From: a virus
IMG/VR virus record: IMGVR_UViG_3300020472_000001
Length of the DNA: 56,057 nt
Reading direction: 5' to 3' (one strand)
In this document: one piece after another, positions 5,251 through 13,414 of the stretch
Numbering within the stretch: the first letter of the stretch is position 1
Layout: the number at the start of each line of letters is the position of its first letter
Made by a program: the position numbers and the translations under genes
The notes under the pieces: model-generated
Database searches by the model: none
Told to the model about the DNA's origin: nothing
The model's input: the letters and a program-made list of their open reading frames with translations, nothing else

Positions 5251-6943
5251 AGATATGCTTGATTACTGCAACCGTCCACCCATTACCAAGCATCTTGTAT
5301 CTTTGTGTATTGCTAACATGATCCGTGTAATTATCTGGTACTGTCTGCAACCTTTCACATTCTAAAGGTGTAAGCTTTCTCCAAGTTAGATCTTCTGATT
5401 GAACACCTGTTGCATGAAAGGTGCCTTGTCTCTCAAAGTTTGCTCTTGATGATTTGTAATACTGTGACTTAATTGTTTGTGATTTATCTGGTAAGTTTTC
5501 AACTACAACACTATCTTTACCAACTGTTGTAATAGCGTTTGACTTATTATCTTTACGTAATTCAAGCATCTGTGTTGTCTTATTTGCTACAGAACTGCCG
5601 TCTCTGTCCATTCTTTTGCCTTTATTATCATAGGCTCTGCCACGAATTGCACCACCAGTGACTACCTTGGGCTCACGATTACCACCTTGACAAGTTGTTA
5701 CTGTAGGCGACTTACCTTCTGGACTATATACTCGTTTGAGTATGTCATGTCCGTTAATATCAACTGCAACACCTACTTGTTTTGGCTTAGTCTCTATCTT
5801 TGGTACTGTCCCTTTGCCTGCATGAGCTGTAATCGTAGGTGATTTGCCGTCTTCACTATAAACTCTTTTTAATATGTCATGTCCTGGAGTGTCAGTTTTA
5901 CCAACCATTTTAGGTTTTGTTTCTATGTATTGCTCTGTATTAGATGCAGTAATTGTTGGCGACTTACCCTCATCACTATAAACTCTTTGTTTAGTTTCAT
6001 AGACACCATCACGATAGACAAACTCCATAACTTCTTGATCAAACACTTCTGTCTTAATGCCTAATACTTCCTTAAGTTTGAGCCATATGTTATCGCCTGG
6101 TATTGCAAAACTGCTGTCTGTTCTAAACCAATGCTCTACCTTTGTGACTGGCATATTAGTTTCTTTTGCTATCTGTTTGTTTGTCTTACCAGACTCTTTC
6201 TTCATCTCTCTCAATAGATGTTGTAGCCCAGATATGTTGACTTCATGCTTCCTAACCTTTACTTCTTCTACATTCATCCCTACTTTTATTGGCTTATTGA
6301 CCAACTGCCTGCGGTATTTATCCTTGTAATGATGAGGTTTTGCACCTGTTTTAGAGTAATTAGCGTCAATACAATAGCTTTTGTCTCTATCGCTATCATA
6401 GTTATCTTCAAGTATATCCCTTAAAACTATGCCTTTATCTTCTGGTTCTTGTATTCCTGGTATGTTAGTCCAGTAATATCTTTGCCTTGATTGAGCACTT
6501 AGAAGCGAACTATTTATAAAAATGGGTTCTATGCCAAATGTTATCTCTGGATAACACTCTGATACTTGTTGAGATATAACCTGTAAGAACTCTTTTTTCA
6601 TCCTCACATTCTCTAATAGGAAGTATTTAGGCTTTATTTCTTTTAATAATCGTATAAATTCAAAGAACAATGCAGATCTAGGATCGTCAAAGGCCAACTG
6701 CTTACCTGCAAAACTAAAACCTTGGCACGGAGATCCCGCTAACATCAGATCTACATCTTGATAGTCTTTCGGATCTAAGTTGCAGATGTCTCCTACTTGC
6801 TCAATATCTGGATAGTTTGCTTGACTAACCTGGATAGCATACTTATCTATCTCACTTGCATAATACTTTTCTACTGGTATGCCAAGCTGATCAAGAGCAA
6901 TCCGACCACAAGACATACCATCAAATAAACTCAGTACCTTCAT
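5222..6943 (-). CDS. DNA (cytosine-5)-methyltransferase with HTH insert and triplicated TRD-like repeat
   Basis: C5-MTase motifs are present: I (LFDGMSCG), IV (GSPCQGFSFAG), VI (LLENV), VIII (QSRQRYYW) and X (LGNGWTV). A long variable region lies between VIII and IX. Confidence 0.9.
   Translation of the reverse strand: MKVLSLFDGMSCGRIALDQLGIPVEKYYASEIDKYAIQVSQANYPDIEQVGDICNLDPKDYQDVDLMLAGSPCQGFSFAGKQLAFDDPRSALFFEFIRLLKEIKPKYFLLENVRMKKEFLQVISQQVSECYPEITFGIEPIFINSSLLSAQSRQRYYWTNIPGIQEPEDKGIVLRDILEDNYDSDRDKSYCIDANYSKTGAKPHHYKDKYRRQLVNKPIKVGMNVEEVKVRKHEVNISGLQHLLREMKKESGKTNKQIAKETNMPVTKVEHWFRTDSSFAIPGDNIWLKLKEVLGIKTEVFDQEVMEFVYRDGVYETKQRVYSDEGKSPTITASNTEQYIETKPKMVGKTDTPGHDILKRVYSEDGKSPTITAHAGKGTVPKIETKPKQVGVAVDINGHDILKRVYSPEGKSPTVTTCQGGNREPKVVTGGAIRGRAYDNKGKRMDRDGSSVANKTTQMLELRKDNKSNAITTVGKDSVVVENLPDKSQTIKSQYYKSSRANFERQGTFHATGVQSEDLTWRKLTPLECERLQTVPDNYTDHVSNTQRYKMLGNGWTVAVIKHIFENMDYERN
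5669..6013 (-). repeat. three tandem in-frame repeats of about 40 aa inside the methyltransferase variable region
   Basis: The units are YETKQRVYSDEGKSPTITAS, GHDILKRVYSEDGKSPTITAH and GHDILKRVYSPEGKSPTVTTC, each followed by ETKPK or EPK spacers. Confidence 0.9.
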
Positions 6944-7143
6944 ATCATAGACTCTTGACTGTTGTCCTCGTCAAAAAAGTTTAAGATTTCACCTTGAGGA
7001 TCTACACTCCCCATACCAACATTAATAATATGGTATTTCTTGTATGCCGATAACACCGTATCTGCTTTTTTATTGTTGTAATCATCTACAGCTTGTTCAT
7101 ATGCTAGTCGCATCATCATGTATAATTCGTTAGTTCTACCCAT
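6940..7143 (-). CDS. hypothetical protein (67 aa)
   Basis: ORF with GGGAGAAG RBS. ATGA overlap with the methyltransferase start. Confidence 0.8.
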   Translation of the reverse strand: MGRTNELYMMMRLAYEQAVDDYNNKKADTVLSAYKKYHIINVGMGSVDPQGEILNFFDEDNSQESMI

Positions 7144-7191
7144 TTCTTCTCCCTTTTTAGTTACTTAATGTATTTAAGTTGTTACGCATAG

Positions 7192-7220
7192 TAGACATTA
7201 TAGATAAAATATTATAATAT
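7192..7220 (+). promoter_or_regulatory. promoter, TAGACA-17 nt-TAATAT, for the operon 7249..9637
   Basis: tagaca at 7192..7197 and taatat at 7215..7220. Confidence 0.55.
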
Positions 7221-7225
7221 ATCAA
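7197..7225 (-). promoter_or_regulatory. promoter, TTGATA-17 nt-TATAAT, for the operon 7143..3795
   Basis: rc of 7220..7225 is TTGATA and rc of 7197..7202 is TATAAT. It interdigitates with the divergent plus-strand promoter. Confidence 0.6.
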
Positions 7226-7248
7226 CTATACACATAGAGGAGTAAATT

Positions 7249-7440
7249 ATGAGTAAAAAAGAAGTAAATGTAACTGAGATTATTGATGAGATAATCAGCT
7301 ACACAAATCCATCTAAGGAAGACTTAGAAAAACAAATAGAACAAGATAAGATCAATTACCTTGTATGGCAATGTGGTGTTGCTATCAAAGAACTGCAATC
7401 AGCAGTTGACGAACTTAACAAATCTAAGGAGGCATCATGA
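7249..7440 (+). CDS. hypothetical protein (63 aa)
   Basis: ORF with GAGGAG RBS. Confidence 0.8.
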   Translation: MSKKEVNVTEIIDEIISYTNPSKEDLEKQIEQDKINYLVWQCGVAIKELQSAVDELNKSKEAS

Positions 7441-7703
7441 TAATTGATGGCAGTTTTGAATTAGATCATGTAAAAAAAGGATCAGAACATACAGGTATAG
7501 ATACCAACAACCCAACCTTTAAACCTTTTTGGGAAGTTCAATACCTTGGCAATGGTTTAAGTTATGGCGGTACAAAAAAAGAATGTATTGAATGGATAGC
7601 TGAATTTTATTATGAACACTATGATAAAAGAAGCAAGTCTGCATCTGAAACGGAAAAGAAAGCTTTAAACTGGGTTAATAAATGTATGAGGAGTGCATCA
7701 TGA
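7437..7703 (+). CDS. hypothetical protein (88 aa)
   Basis: ORF with ATGA overlaps at both ends. Confidence 0.8.
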   Translation: MIIDGSFELDHVKKGSEHTGIDTNNPTFKPFWEVQYLGNGLSYGGTKKECIEWIAEFYYEHYDKRSKSASETEKKALNWVNKCMRSAS

Positions 7704-8584
7704 AAGTACCAGATATGTTAGAGGACTATCCTCACAAACAGATTGGAGATGCACTTTACTTTCCACACTTAGATAATCAGACCTATCACAACGGTCCTGG
7801 TATATCTTCATCTAATATTAGAAGGTTTAGTCAAAGTCAGCTTCATGCTTTTGAAGAAGTCATTGAACCAACACCTGCTATGAATTTTGGATCTGCCGCT
7901 CATTCTTTAGTGGTAGAGGGTGAGGGTGCATTTTTTAGTGATGTGGTAACAATAACTGGATCTCCATATACCAATAGCAATAAAGCATTGAAGCAAGAAA
8001 GTCTTGCTAAAGGTTTGACCGTTATTAACGAAAAGGACAAAGATACCATATATAGCATGAAAAACAGCTTAGTAAAGGAAGCGAGAGCTCATCTAAATCC
8101 AGAAAAGGAGTATCCTAGCACTTTAGATTCACCCTACGAAGTGTCTATATACTGGTATGAACAAGGTTTACTATGTAAAACCAGAGCAGACGTTGTTTTG
8201 AATCCGTTTGACAAACCACAACCAAGTAACGGCATAGTCTTAGTTGATTACAAAACTACTGCTGATTGTTCAATCAAAGGGTTTACAAACTCTTGCAGAA
8301 GATACTCGTACGACCTACAGGCCGCTTGGTATAAACGTGGTTTTGAAGCTGCAGGCTACCAGGTTGTTGATTTTGTATTTGTAGCACAAGAAAAGAAAAC
8401 ACCTTTTGCAAACAAGTTGTTCAAGATGAACCATACAGATATGGAAGTAGGTTGGAACTTCTTAAGTGATTACTTGGAAGAATACAACAAGGTTCTTAAT
8501 GGACAAGCACCAACCATATACAACAGTCCAAATGTTGTTGACCTAGATACTGGCAACTTTTACAGAGAGGAGCTACATGACTAA
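7700..8584 (+). CDS. PD-(D/E)XK exonuclease (RecE / DUF3799-like)
   Basis: The pattern GISSSNIRRFSQS...FGSAAHSLVVEGEGAF plus ADVVLNP...IVLVDYKTT (D...D/E-x-K) is typical of the family. I prefer the ATG at 7700 (GAGGAG RBS) over 7682. Confidence 0.75.
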   Translation: MKVPDMLEDYPHKQIGDALYFPHLDNQTYHNGPGISSSNIRRFSQSQLHAFEEVIEPTPAMNFGSAAHSLVVEGEGAFFSDVVTITGSPYTNSNKALKQESLAKGLTVINEKDKDTIYSMKNSLVKEARAHLNPEKEYPSTLDSPYEVSIYWYEQGLLCKTRADVVLNPFDKPQPSNGIVLVDYKTTADCSIKGFTNSCRRYSYDLQAAWYKRGFEAAGYQVVDFVFVAQEKKTPFANKLFKMNHTDMEVGWNFLSDYLEEYNKVLNGQAPTIYNSPNVVDLDTGNFYREELHD

Positions 8585-8768
8585 ATGGCATGGTGGCAAA
8601 GGCGACAAACCTAGAGCCAAAAGCCCAGACAAATGGGATAAAGGTTGGGAAAGAATATTTAATAAAGCCAAGCAGAAAGTTACAAAAGAAAAAATAGACA
8701 TAACCAAACTTAAAAATGTTTGGGAAGAAAAGTCTACAAAGAAGGAGAAACAAAATGAACAAAGCTAA
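8577..8768 (+). CDS. small basic protein (63 aa)
   Basis: ORF overlapping the exonuclease stop. KWHGGKGDKPR...WDKGWERIF motif. Confidence 0.7.
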   Translation: MTKWHGGKGDKPRAKSPDKWDKGWERIFNKAKQKVTKEKIDITKLKNVWEEKSTKKEKQNEQS

Positions 8769-9009
8769 ATTAGTAGAACTAGCGGAAGAAGTATTAACTG
8801 ATATTGATGAAGCATCAAAGGATTCATTAAGACAAGAATTAGAACCGAATATGTGTTATGCACTTAGTAGAAGATTTTTACATGCTTATTATTATTCAAG
8901 AGATACATCAAAAGAGGGTATAGACAGAAAAAACTATGCGTATGCTTATGACTCTGTAAAACCAATACTTGATGATTGTATAGATAAATATCTTGGAGAA
9001 ACAAAATGA
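8755..9009 (+). CDS. hypothetical protein, paralog A (MNKAKL... N-terminus)
   Basis: The ATG at 8755 is preceded by ggagaaacaaa. The same 29-nt initiation region recurs at 8995. Confidence 0.75.
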   Translation: MNKAKLVELAEEVLTDIDEASKDSLRQELEPNMCYALSRRFLHAYYYSRDTSKEGIDRKNYAYAYDSVKPILDDCIDKYLGETK

Positions 9010-9236
9010 ACAAAGCTAAATTAAAAGAAATATGTATTGATGCTTTTGAAGAAGCAGAAAAAGAATCTATGGAACGAACAAAGCAGTATTATGTGTCTCA
9101 AGTGGCTAGAAAAATATGGTTAGCTCTTGGAAATCCTAACTCCTCTGACAAATTACATACTAATTTAAGAGATAGTTTGTTTGTATTAATTAGAGAATCT
9201 TTTGATGAAATGTTGGAGAAACAAAATGACAGATAA
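9006..9236 (+). CDS. hypothetical protein, paralog B (MNKAKL... N-terminus)
   Basis: ORF with a ggagaaacaaaATG start that shares its N-terminus with the preceding gene. Confidence 0.8.
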   Translation: MNKAKLKEICIDAFEEAEKESMERTKQYYVSQVARKIWLALGNPNSSDKLHTNLRDSLFVLIRESFDEMLEKQNDR

Positions 9237-9447
9237 CGTAAACCACCCACCACACTATAAGAAGGGATCTGTTGAATGTATAGATGCTATCAAGTCAGCT
9301 TTAACCAAAGAAGAGTTCAAAGGTTATCTAAAAGCTGCTGCAATCAAATATATTTGGCGTGAAGATCATAAAGGATCTAACATCCAGGATCTACAAAAGG
9401 CCGTGTGGTATCTTAATAAACTTATCAAAGAACTAGAGGAGCTGTAA
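9226..9447 (+). CDS. DUF3310-family protein
   Basis: NHPPHYKKGSVECIDAIKSALTKEEFKGYLKAAAIKYIWRE...DLQKAVWYLNKLI matches the DUF3310 signature as I recall it. The start is at ggagaaacaaaATG. Confidence 0.75.
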   Translation: MTDNVNHPPHYKKGSVECIDAIKSALTKEEFKGYLKAAAIKYIWREDHKGSNIQDLQKAVWYLNKLIKELEEL

Positions 9448-9521
9448 TGGATCTTAGCTTTTATGCCGTAGTAGGGCTTTTACTCTTAATGATCTACGCT
9501 TTTATGGAAAACAGAAAATGA
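9447..9521 (+). CDS. possible 24-aa membrane peptide
   Basis: TAATG overlap with the previous stop. Translation MDLSFYAVVGLLLLMIYAFMENRK. Confidence 0.3.
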   Translation: MDLSFYAVVGLLLLMIYAFMENRK

Positions 9522-9637
9522 ATTTAAAAGAAAGAAAAAAAGAATTAGAAAAACATATTAAGTACATTGAAATAGTTTTGAAAGAAAAAAAAGATGAACT
9601 ATTTTGTGTAAATGTTGAAATTAAAAAAGGGGCATAA
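9518..9637 (+). CDS. possible small ORF (39 aa)
   Basis: ATGA overlap. Lys/Glu-rich. It ends inside the terminator hairpin. Confidence 0.3.
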   Translation: MNLKERKKELEKHIKYIEIVLKEKKDELFCVNVEIKKGA

Positions 9638-9643
9638 AGCCCC
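9623..9643 (-). terminator. rho-independent terminator between convergent operons (stem GGGGC/GCCCC)
   Basis: aaaaaa-ggggc-ataaa-gcccc on the plus strand, giving a T6 tract on the minus strand just downstream of ORF 9662..10123. Confidence 0.65.
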
Positions 9644-9661
9644 TTAGTCATACAGCAACCT

Positions 9662-10123
9662 TTAGAAAGGTGGTATAGCTTCCTTAGGTGGACTCATATC
9701 TGAATCAGCTTCTGGCAAATACAGTCGGATCTTAGTCTTCTTAGTATTCACAACACCATTATCACCCTCAAACTGATCTTCAATCTGTTCAGTCTTGAGT
9801 ATAAGTTTCTTGCCAACAAAGTCAGAATGACTCTCTGGATACTTCTTAAAACCAACAGCCTTTGTAAGCCTGGTAAATATCTCCGTACTAATTCTTTTGT
9901 TTTCTTCATTAGTAGCCCAAAGGTTATACCATTCGTTATGATCACGATACTTACCGCCATCAAGTTGAAATGTAACCTTTAGCGTATGATTACCTGCTTT
10001 AGACTTATATTTGTCCGTAGCAATAACCGTTGCATTGTGTTCACCATCTGGTGCTAGAGGTGTGCCACTAGATGACATTTCCTCTATGTTATCAAAAAAT
10101 TCTACATCACCGAAATCAGACAT
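9662..10123 (-). CDS. DUF669-like single-stranded DNA-binding protein
   Basis: It lies immediately downstream of the Sak4-like ATPase, the usual pairing. The acidic C-terminus ends IPPF, resembling the SSB tail tip DDDIPF. Confidence 0.6.
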   Translation of the reverse strand: MSDFGDVEFFDNIEEMSSSGTPLAPDGEHNATVIATDKYKSKAGNHTLKVTFQLDGGKYRDHNEWYNLWATNEENKRISTEIFTRLTKAVGFKKYPESHSDFVGKKLILKTEQIEDQFEGDNGVVNTKKTKIRLYLPEADSDMSPPKEAIPPF

Positions 10124-10838
10124 TTGTTTCTCCCATATTGTCGTTAGTTAATGTAAACCCTAACTTCTCAATTAGAGCACTCACATTTGGCTTCTCAAAA
10201 CTTTCGAGTTTACCGCTACGATCTTTAGCTTTATAGCCTTGACCAAAGGTTGTTTGTAGCCATCTTGTTTGGATGTTTTTTCCATCCTCATCTTGTTCTT
10301 CTATAATACGAAGAGCAAGCACTTCATCAAAAAAATACGTAATTGATTCGCCAAGCTTAGTACCAACCATTTTTGGTGCGTGTCTAAGTATGCCATCGTC
10401 ATTTACTATATCTTCTTTACATAAAAATAAAACGTGCATATTAAGATCCCTAAAAGCACGCATTAAATTTGTTACAGATTCCTGGACATTACCATAGGCC
10501 ATACGTGGATCTTTGCTACGAGATTTCTCCCATGTCAATAAGATCTCGCTTATCTCAGAAACTGAATCTAAGCACACGGTGTCGTATTGTAATTTGCCAG
10601 ACTTTAGAGCATCGTGTAGTTCCATAACTTCTGATGCTTCTTTTACTTCAATAGCCTCTACATTGTTTGCATCTTTAATAGATAACAATCCAGCTTCAGC
10701 ACTTATGACAAGCACCTTACCAGGACAAGTTTTAGCTAATGTTGTTTTACCCGCTCCAGCCATTCCATACACCAAGATTTTTGCACCTTGATCCTGTACT
10801 AACTTTTGCGGAGATACTATTCTACTTTGTATTTCCAT
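10116..10838 (-). CDS. AAA_24 / Sak4-like recombination ATPase
   Basis: Walker A (VYGMAGAGKTT) and Walker B-like (TVCLDSVSE) motifs. Size and layout are typical of phage Sak4-type RecA-like proteins. Confidence 0.75.
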   Translation of the reverse strand: MEIQSRIVSPQKLVQDQGAKILVYGMAGAGKTTLAKTCPGKVLVISAEAGLLSIKDANNVEAIEVKEASEVMELHDALKSGKLQYDTVCLDSVSEISEILLTWEKSRSKDPRMAYGNVQESVTNLMRAFRDLNMHVLFLCKEDIVNDDGILRHAPKMVGTKLGESITYFFDEVLALRIIEEQDEDGKNIQTRWLQTTFGQGYKAKDRSGKLESFEKPNVSALIEKLGFTLTNDNMGETNV

Positions 10839-10874
10839 ATCTACTCCTCACGTAGTTTTAAATTTAACTTGCAT

Positions 10875-10904
10875 ATTATAACCATAATAGTTACCATATG
10901 TAAA
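10875..10904 (-). promoter_or_regulatory. promoter, TTTACA-18 nt-TATAAT
   Basis: rc of 10899..10904 is TTTACA and rc of 10875..10880 is TATAAT. It lies upstream of 10116..10838. Confidence 0.5.
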
Positions 10905-10941
10905 ATGTTATTTTATACATTATGTTGAAAAAGGAGAAGTT

Positions 10942-11289
10942 ATGGAGAATACCAACATTAAAGACCAAACCTGGCAAGCGAATTATTATTTTAGGACAAA
11001 AACATTAGCAACAAGAAAACTTAAGGAATTTGAAACTATGGGAATAAAACCAAACCACACCGATAGGAAGGTTAAGAAGTATTCACTTAAAGATTATATT
11101 GAGTTTCTAGGACAAAAAGAAGCTGCATCAAAGTTTGGTTGTTCTGAAGCATCATGTAAGTCTTGGAGATATGGATATAGACAACCGACTATCAATCAAG
11201 CAAAACAAATCATACGAGCAACTGAAGGTCGTTTAGATTATGAGTCTATTTATGGATCAATATCTGAAATACTAGATACAGAAGCTTAG
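10942..11289 (+). CDS. Cro/YdaS-like helix-turn-helix DNA-binding protein
   Basis: QKEAASKFGCSEASCKSWRYGYRQPTINQAKQIIRATEGRLDYESI fits the YdaS/Cro-type HTH pattern. AGGAG RBS. Confidence 0.6.
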   Translation: MENTNIKDQTWQANYYFRTKTLATRKLKEFETMGIKPNHTDRKVKKYSLKDYIEFLGQKEAASKFGCSEASCKSWRYGYRQPTINQAKQIIRATEGRLDYESIYGSISEILDTEA

Positions 11290-11290
11290 T

Positions 11291-13414
11291 GTGTTTCAGT
11301 TAAATATAACTGAGGACGACACATCCTTAGAGCAAGCACTTGCCTACTATGATGATGGTTATAATGTCGTTCCGCTACAGAGATCTAATAAAAAACCACC
11401 ACCTTTTCTTGGTAGTTGGGAGCAGTATAAAGAGTCTAGACCCCCTAGAACCCTTGTAGAATCATGGTTTAAAGACAGGCAGAACCTACAGGTTGCTTTA
11501 GTTTGCGGTAAGTTTATTGTAGTAGATGCTGATTCTCCAGAGGCCATGGACTGGGTAGAAAAGAATATGCCTGCTTGTCCATTCAAAGTAATTACTGGCA
11601 AAGGTATGCATTACTATTATAACAATCCACAAAACTATACTACCTTTGCTACAAGAAGAACTGCTGAGACACCAATAGAAAGATTAATAGACATAAGAGG
11701 TGTAGGTGGTCTGATCATTGCACCCTGGAATAGGCACGCTAACGGACAAGTATACAAACCTATTACCTTTCCAGATTGGAAGATAAATGACTATAACGAT
11801 TTACCAGATTTTACAGAGATAGAGTTTCAAAAAATAACAGGCGTACCAAAAACAGATACGGGAGTTCAAACAGCTCCCTTTTCTTTGGATGGAGTATTAG
11901 AAGGATCTAGAAATGATGGTGCGGCTAGAATTGCAGGCTACCTAATATCCAAGAATGTCAACATAGAATTTGTAAAGATCTTTCTACAAAACTGGAACAA
12001 AAATAACAATCCACCATTACCACAAGATGAGATAGATGGAGTGGTTGAAAGCGTCAAAAGTACACACGATAGAAAAAATCAGATAGCACCTTTGTTTATA
12101 CAAGCATCAGAAACCATACAAAAACCAAAAGATTTATTTAACCCACCAGGCTTACTTAAAGATATGTTCAAGTTTTGTGAAGAGATTGCACAAGTACCAC
12201 AACCAGAGCTATCACTCATTGGTGCACTTGCATTAGCTAGTGTTGTCTGTGGTCGTATCTATAGAACTAATATGAATAACTTTTCTTCTATGTACTTCAT
12301 GGGTATTGCTAAGTCAGGTCAAGGTAAAGAAAACATCAAAACATTCGTAGAGGGAGTGTTAAACGCTAGTGATCACGAAAAGCTTGTTGTGGGGGATGGC
12401 TATACTTCAAGTGGTGCTGTGCACTCTGTATTGAAGATGAGGCCTACACAGATAACCATTATGGATGAGTTTGGTAAAAGACTAGAGGCAATAGGTGCAT
12501 CTGGCAATACCAATAAAGAAGATGGCATACAAACACTTATGGAAGCATGGGGGAGGTGTCATGGTACTTTGCGACCAGATAACTACTCACTTATGAACGT
12601 ACAAGAGCAATATAAAGAAATGATGATGAATCGTGTGACACATAAGCCTGCCATTACATTGGTTGGGCTATCCGTACCTAAGAACTTTTACAGTGCGTTA
12701 AATGGTGGCAGGATTGCAGACGGGTTCCTAAACCGTTTTGTAGTCGTTGAATCTAAAGAGCCTCGAAGAGTAGGACAACTCAAAAGATTCAGCACGCCAC
12801 CTACCTCTATTATTAACTGGGTAAACTATATTAGAAGACAAAGAGGATCTATGAGTGATTTATCTCGTGATAATGCAGAGTTAGATCTAGATCAGATTGT
12901 TCTAAGCTTTGACAAAGAATCAGAGGAGATACTACAAGACTTTGCACGAGAGATAGTCAAACGACAAGATATACTAGAAAAAGACAACCTAGAGCCACTT
13001 CTAAGCCGTTCTAAGGAGAAAGCTATGCGTTTATCGTTGTTATGTACTCTTGCAACTAATCCAGACGCTACGACCATTACAGGAGATGTGACGCTTTGGG
13101 CTGTTGATTTCATAAGATACTACGATTTATTGTTTATAGAAGCTTGTAGAGATAAGGTGGCAAGTAGTGCAACAGAGTCTAAGATTAAGCAGGTACTATC
13201 GTTTATTAGATCCAGGAATGGCGAGGGTATATCTAAACGAGAGGTAGATAGACACGAACTATTTAGAAGTATGAAGTCTTATGAAGTAAAAGAGATTATT
13301 GAAAGGCTCAAGAATGCAGGGGAGATACAAGAGGTTGAGATTAAAGTTGGTGGCAAAGGTAGACCAGCTAAAAGGTTTGTTGCTGTAGATCCTACTTTCT
13401 TTGAAGATAACTAA
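11291..13414 (+). CDS. DNA primase: prim-pol N-terminal domain, PriCT-like domain and DUF3987-like C-terminal domain
   Basis: YNVVPL...KKPP...W and VVDADSPEA (prim-pol motifs). GSRNDGAARIAGYLIS...WNKNNNPPLPQDEIDGVVESV is PriCT-like. Long C-terminal domain. GTG start. Confidence 0.75.
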   Translation: MFQLNITEDDTSLEQALAYYDDGYNVVPLQRSNKKPPPFLGSWEQYKESRPPRTLVESWFKDRQNLQVALVCGKFIVVDADSPEAMDWVEKNMPACPFKVITGKGMHYYYNNPQNYTTFATRRTAETPIERLIDIRGVGGLIIAPWNRHANGQVYKPITFPDWKINDYNDLPDFTEIEFQKITGVPKTDTGVQTAPFSLDGVLEGSRNDGAARIAGYLISKNVNIEFVKIFLQNWNKNNNPPLPQDEIDGVVESVKSTHDRKNQIAPLFIQASETIQKPKDLFNPPGLLKDMFKFCEEIAQVPQPELSLIGALALASVVCGRIYRTNMNNFSSMYFMGIAKSGQGKENIKTFVEGVLNASDHEKLVVGDGYTSSGAVHSVLKMRPTQITIMDEFGKRLEAIGASGNTNKEDGIQTLMEAWGRCHGTLRPDNYSLMNVQEQYKEMMMNRVTHKPAITLVGLSVPKNFYSALNGGRIADGFLNRFVVVESKEPRRVGQLKRFSTPPTSIINWVNYIRRQRGSMSDLSRDNAELDLDQIVLSFDKESEEILQDFAREIVKRQDILEKDNLEPLLSRSKEKAMRLSLLCTLATNPDATTITGDVTLWAVDFIRYYDLLFIEACRDKVASSATESKIKQVLSFIRSRNGEGISKREVDRHELFRSMKSYEVKEIIERLKNAGEIQEVEIKVGGKGRPAKRFVAVDPTFFEDN

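Noticed and set aside
5879-6329. Plus-strand ORFs antisense to the methyltransferase
   Set aside because: No RBS, hydrophobic low-complexity translations, and they lie fully inside a gene with unambiguous C5-MTase motifs.
8496-8762. 88-aa minus-strand ORF in the plus-strand operon
   Set aside because: It is antisense to two well-supported plus-strand genes. It is Phe-rich, reflecting the A-rich sense strand.
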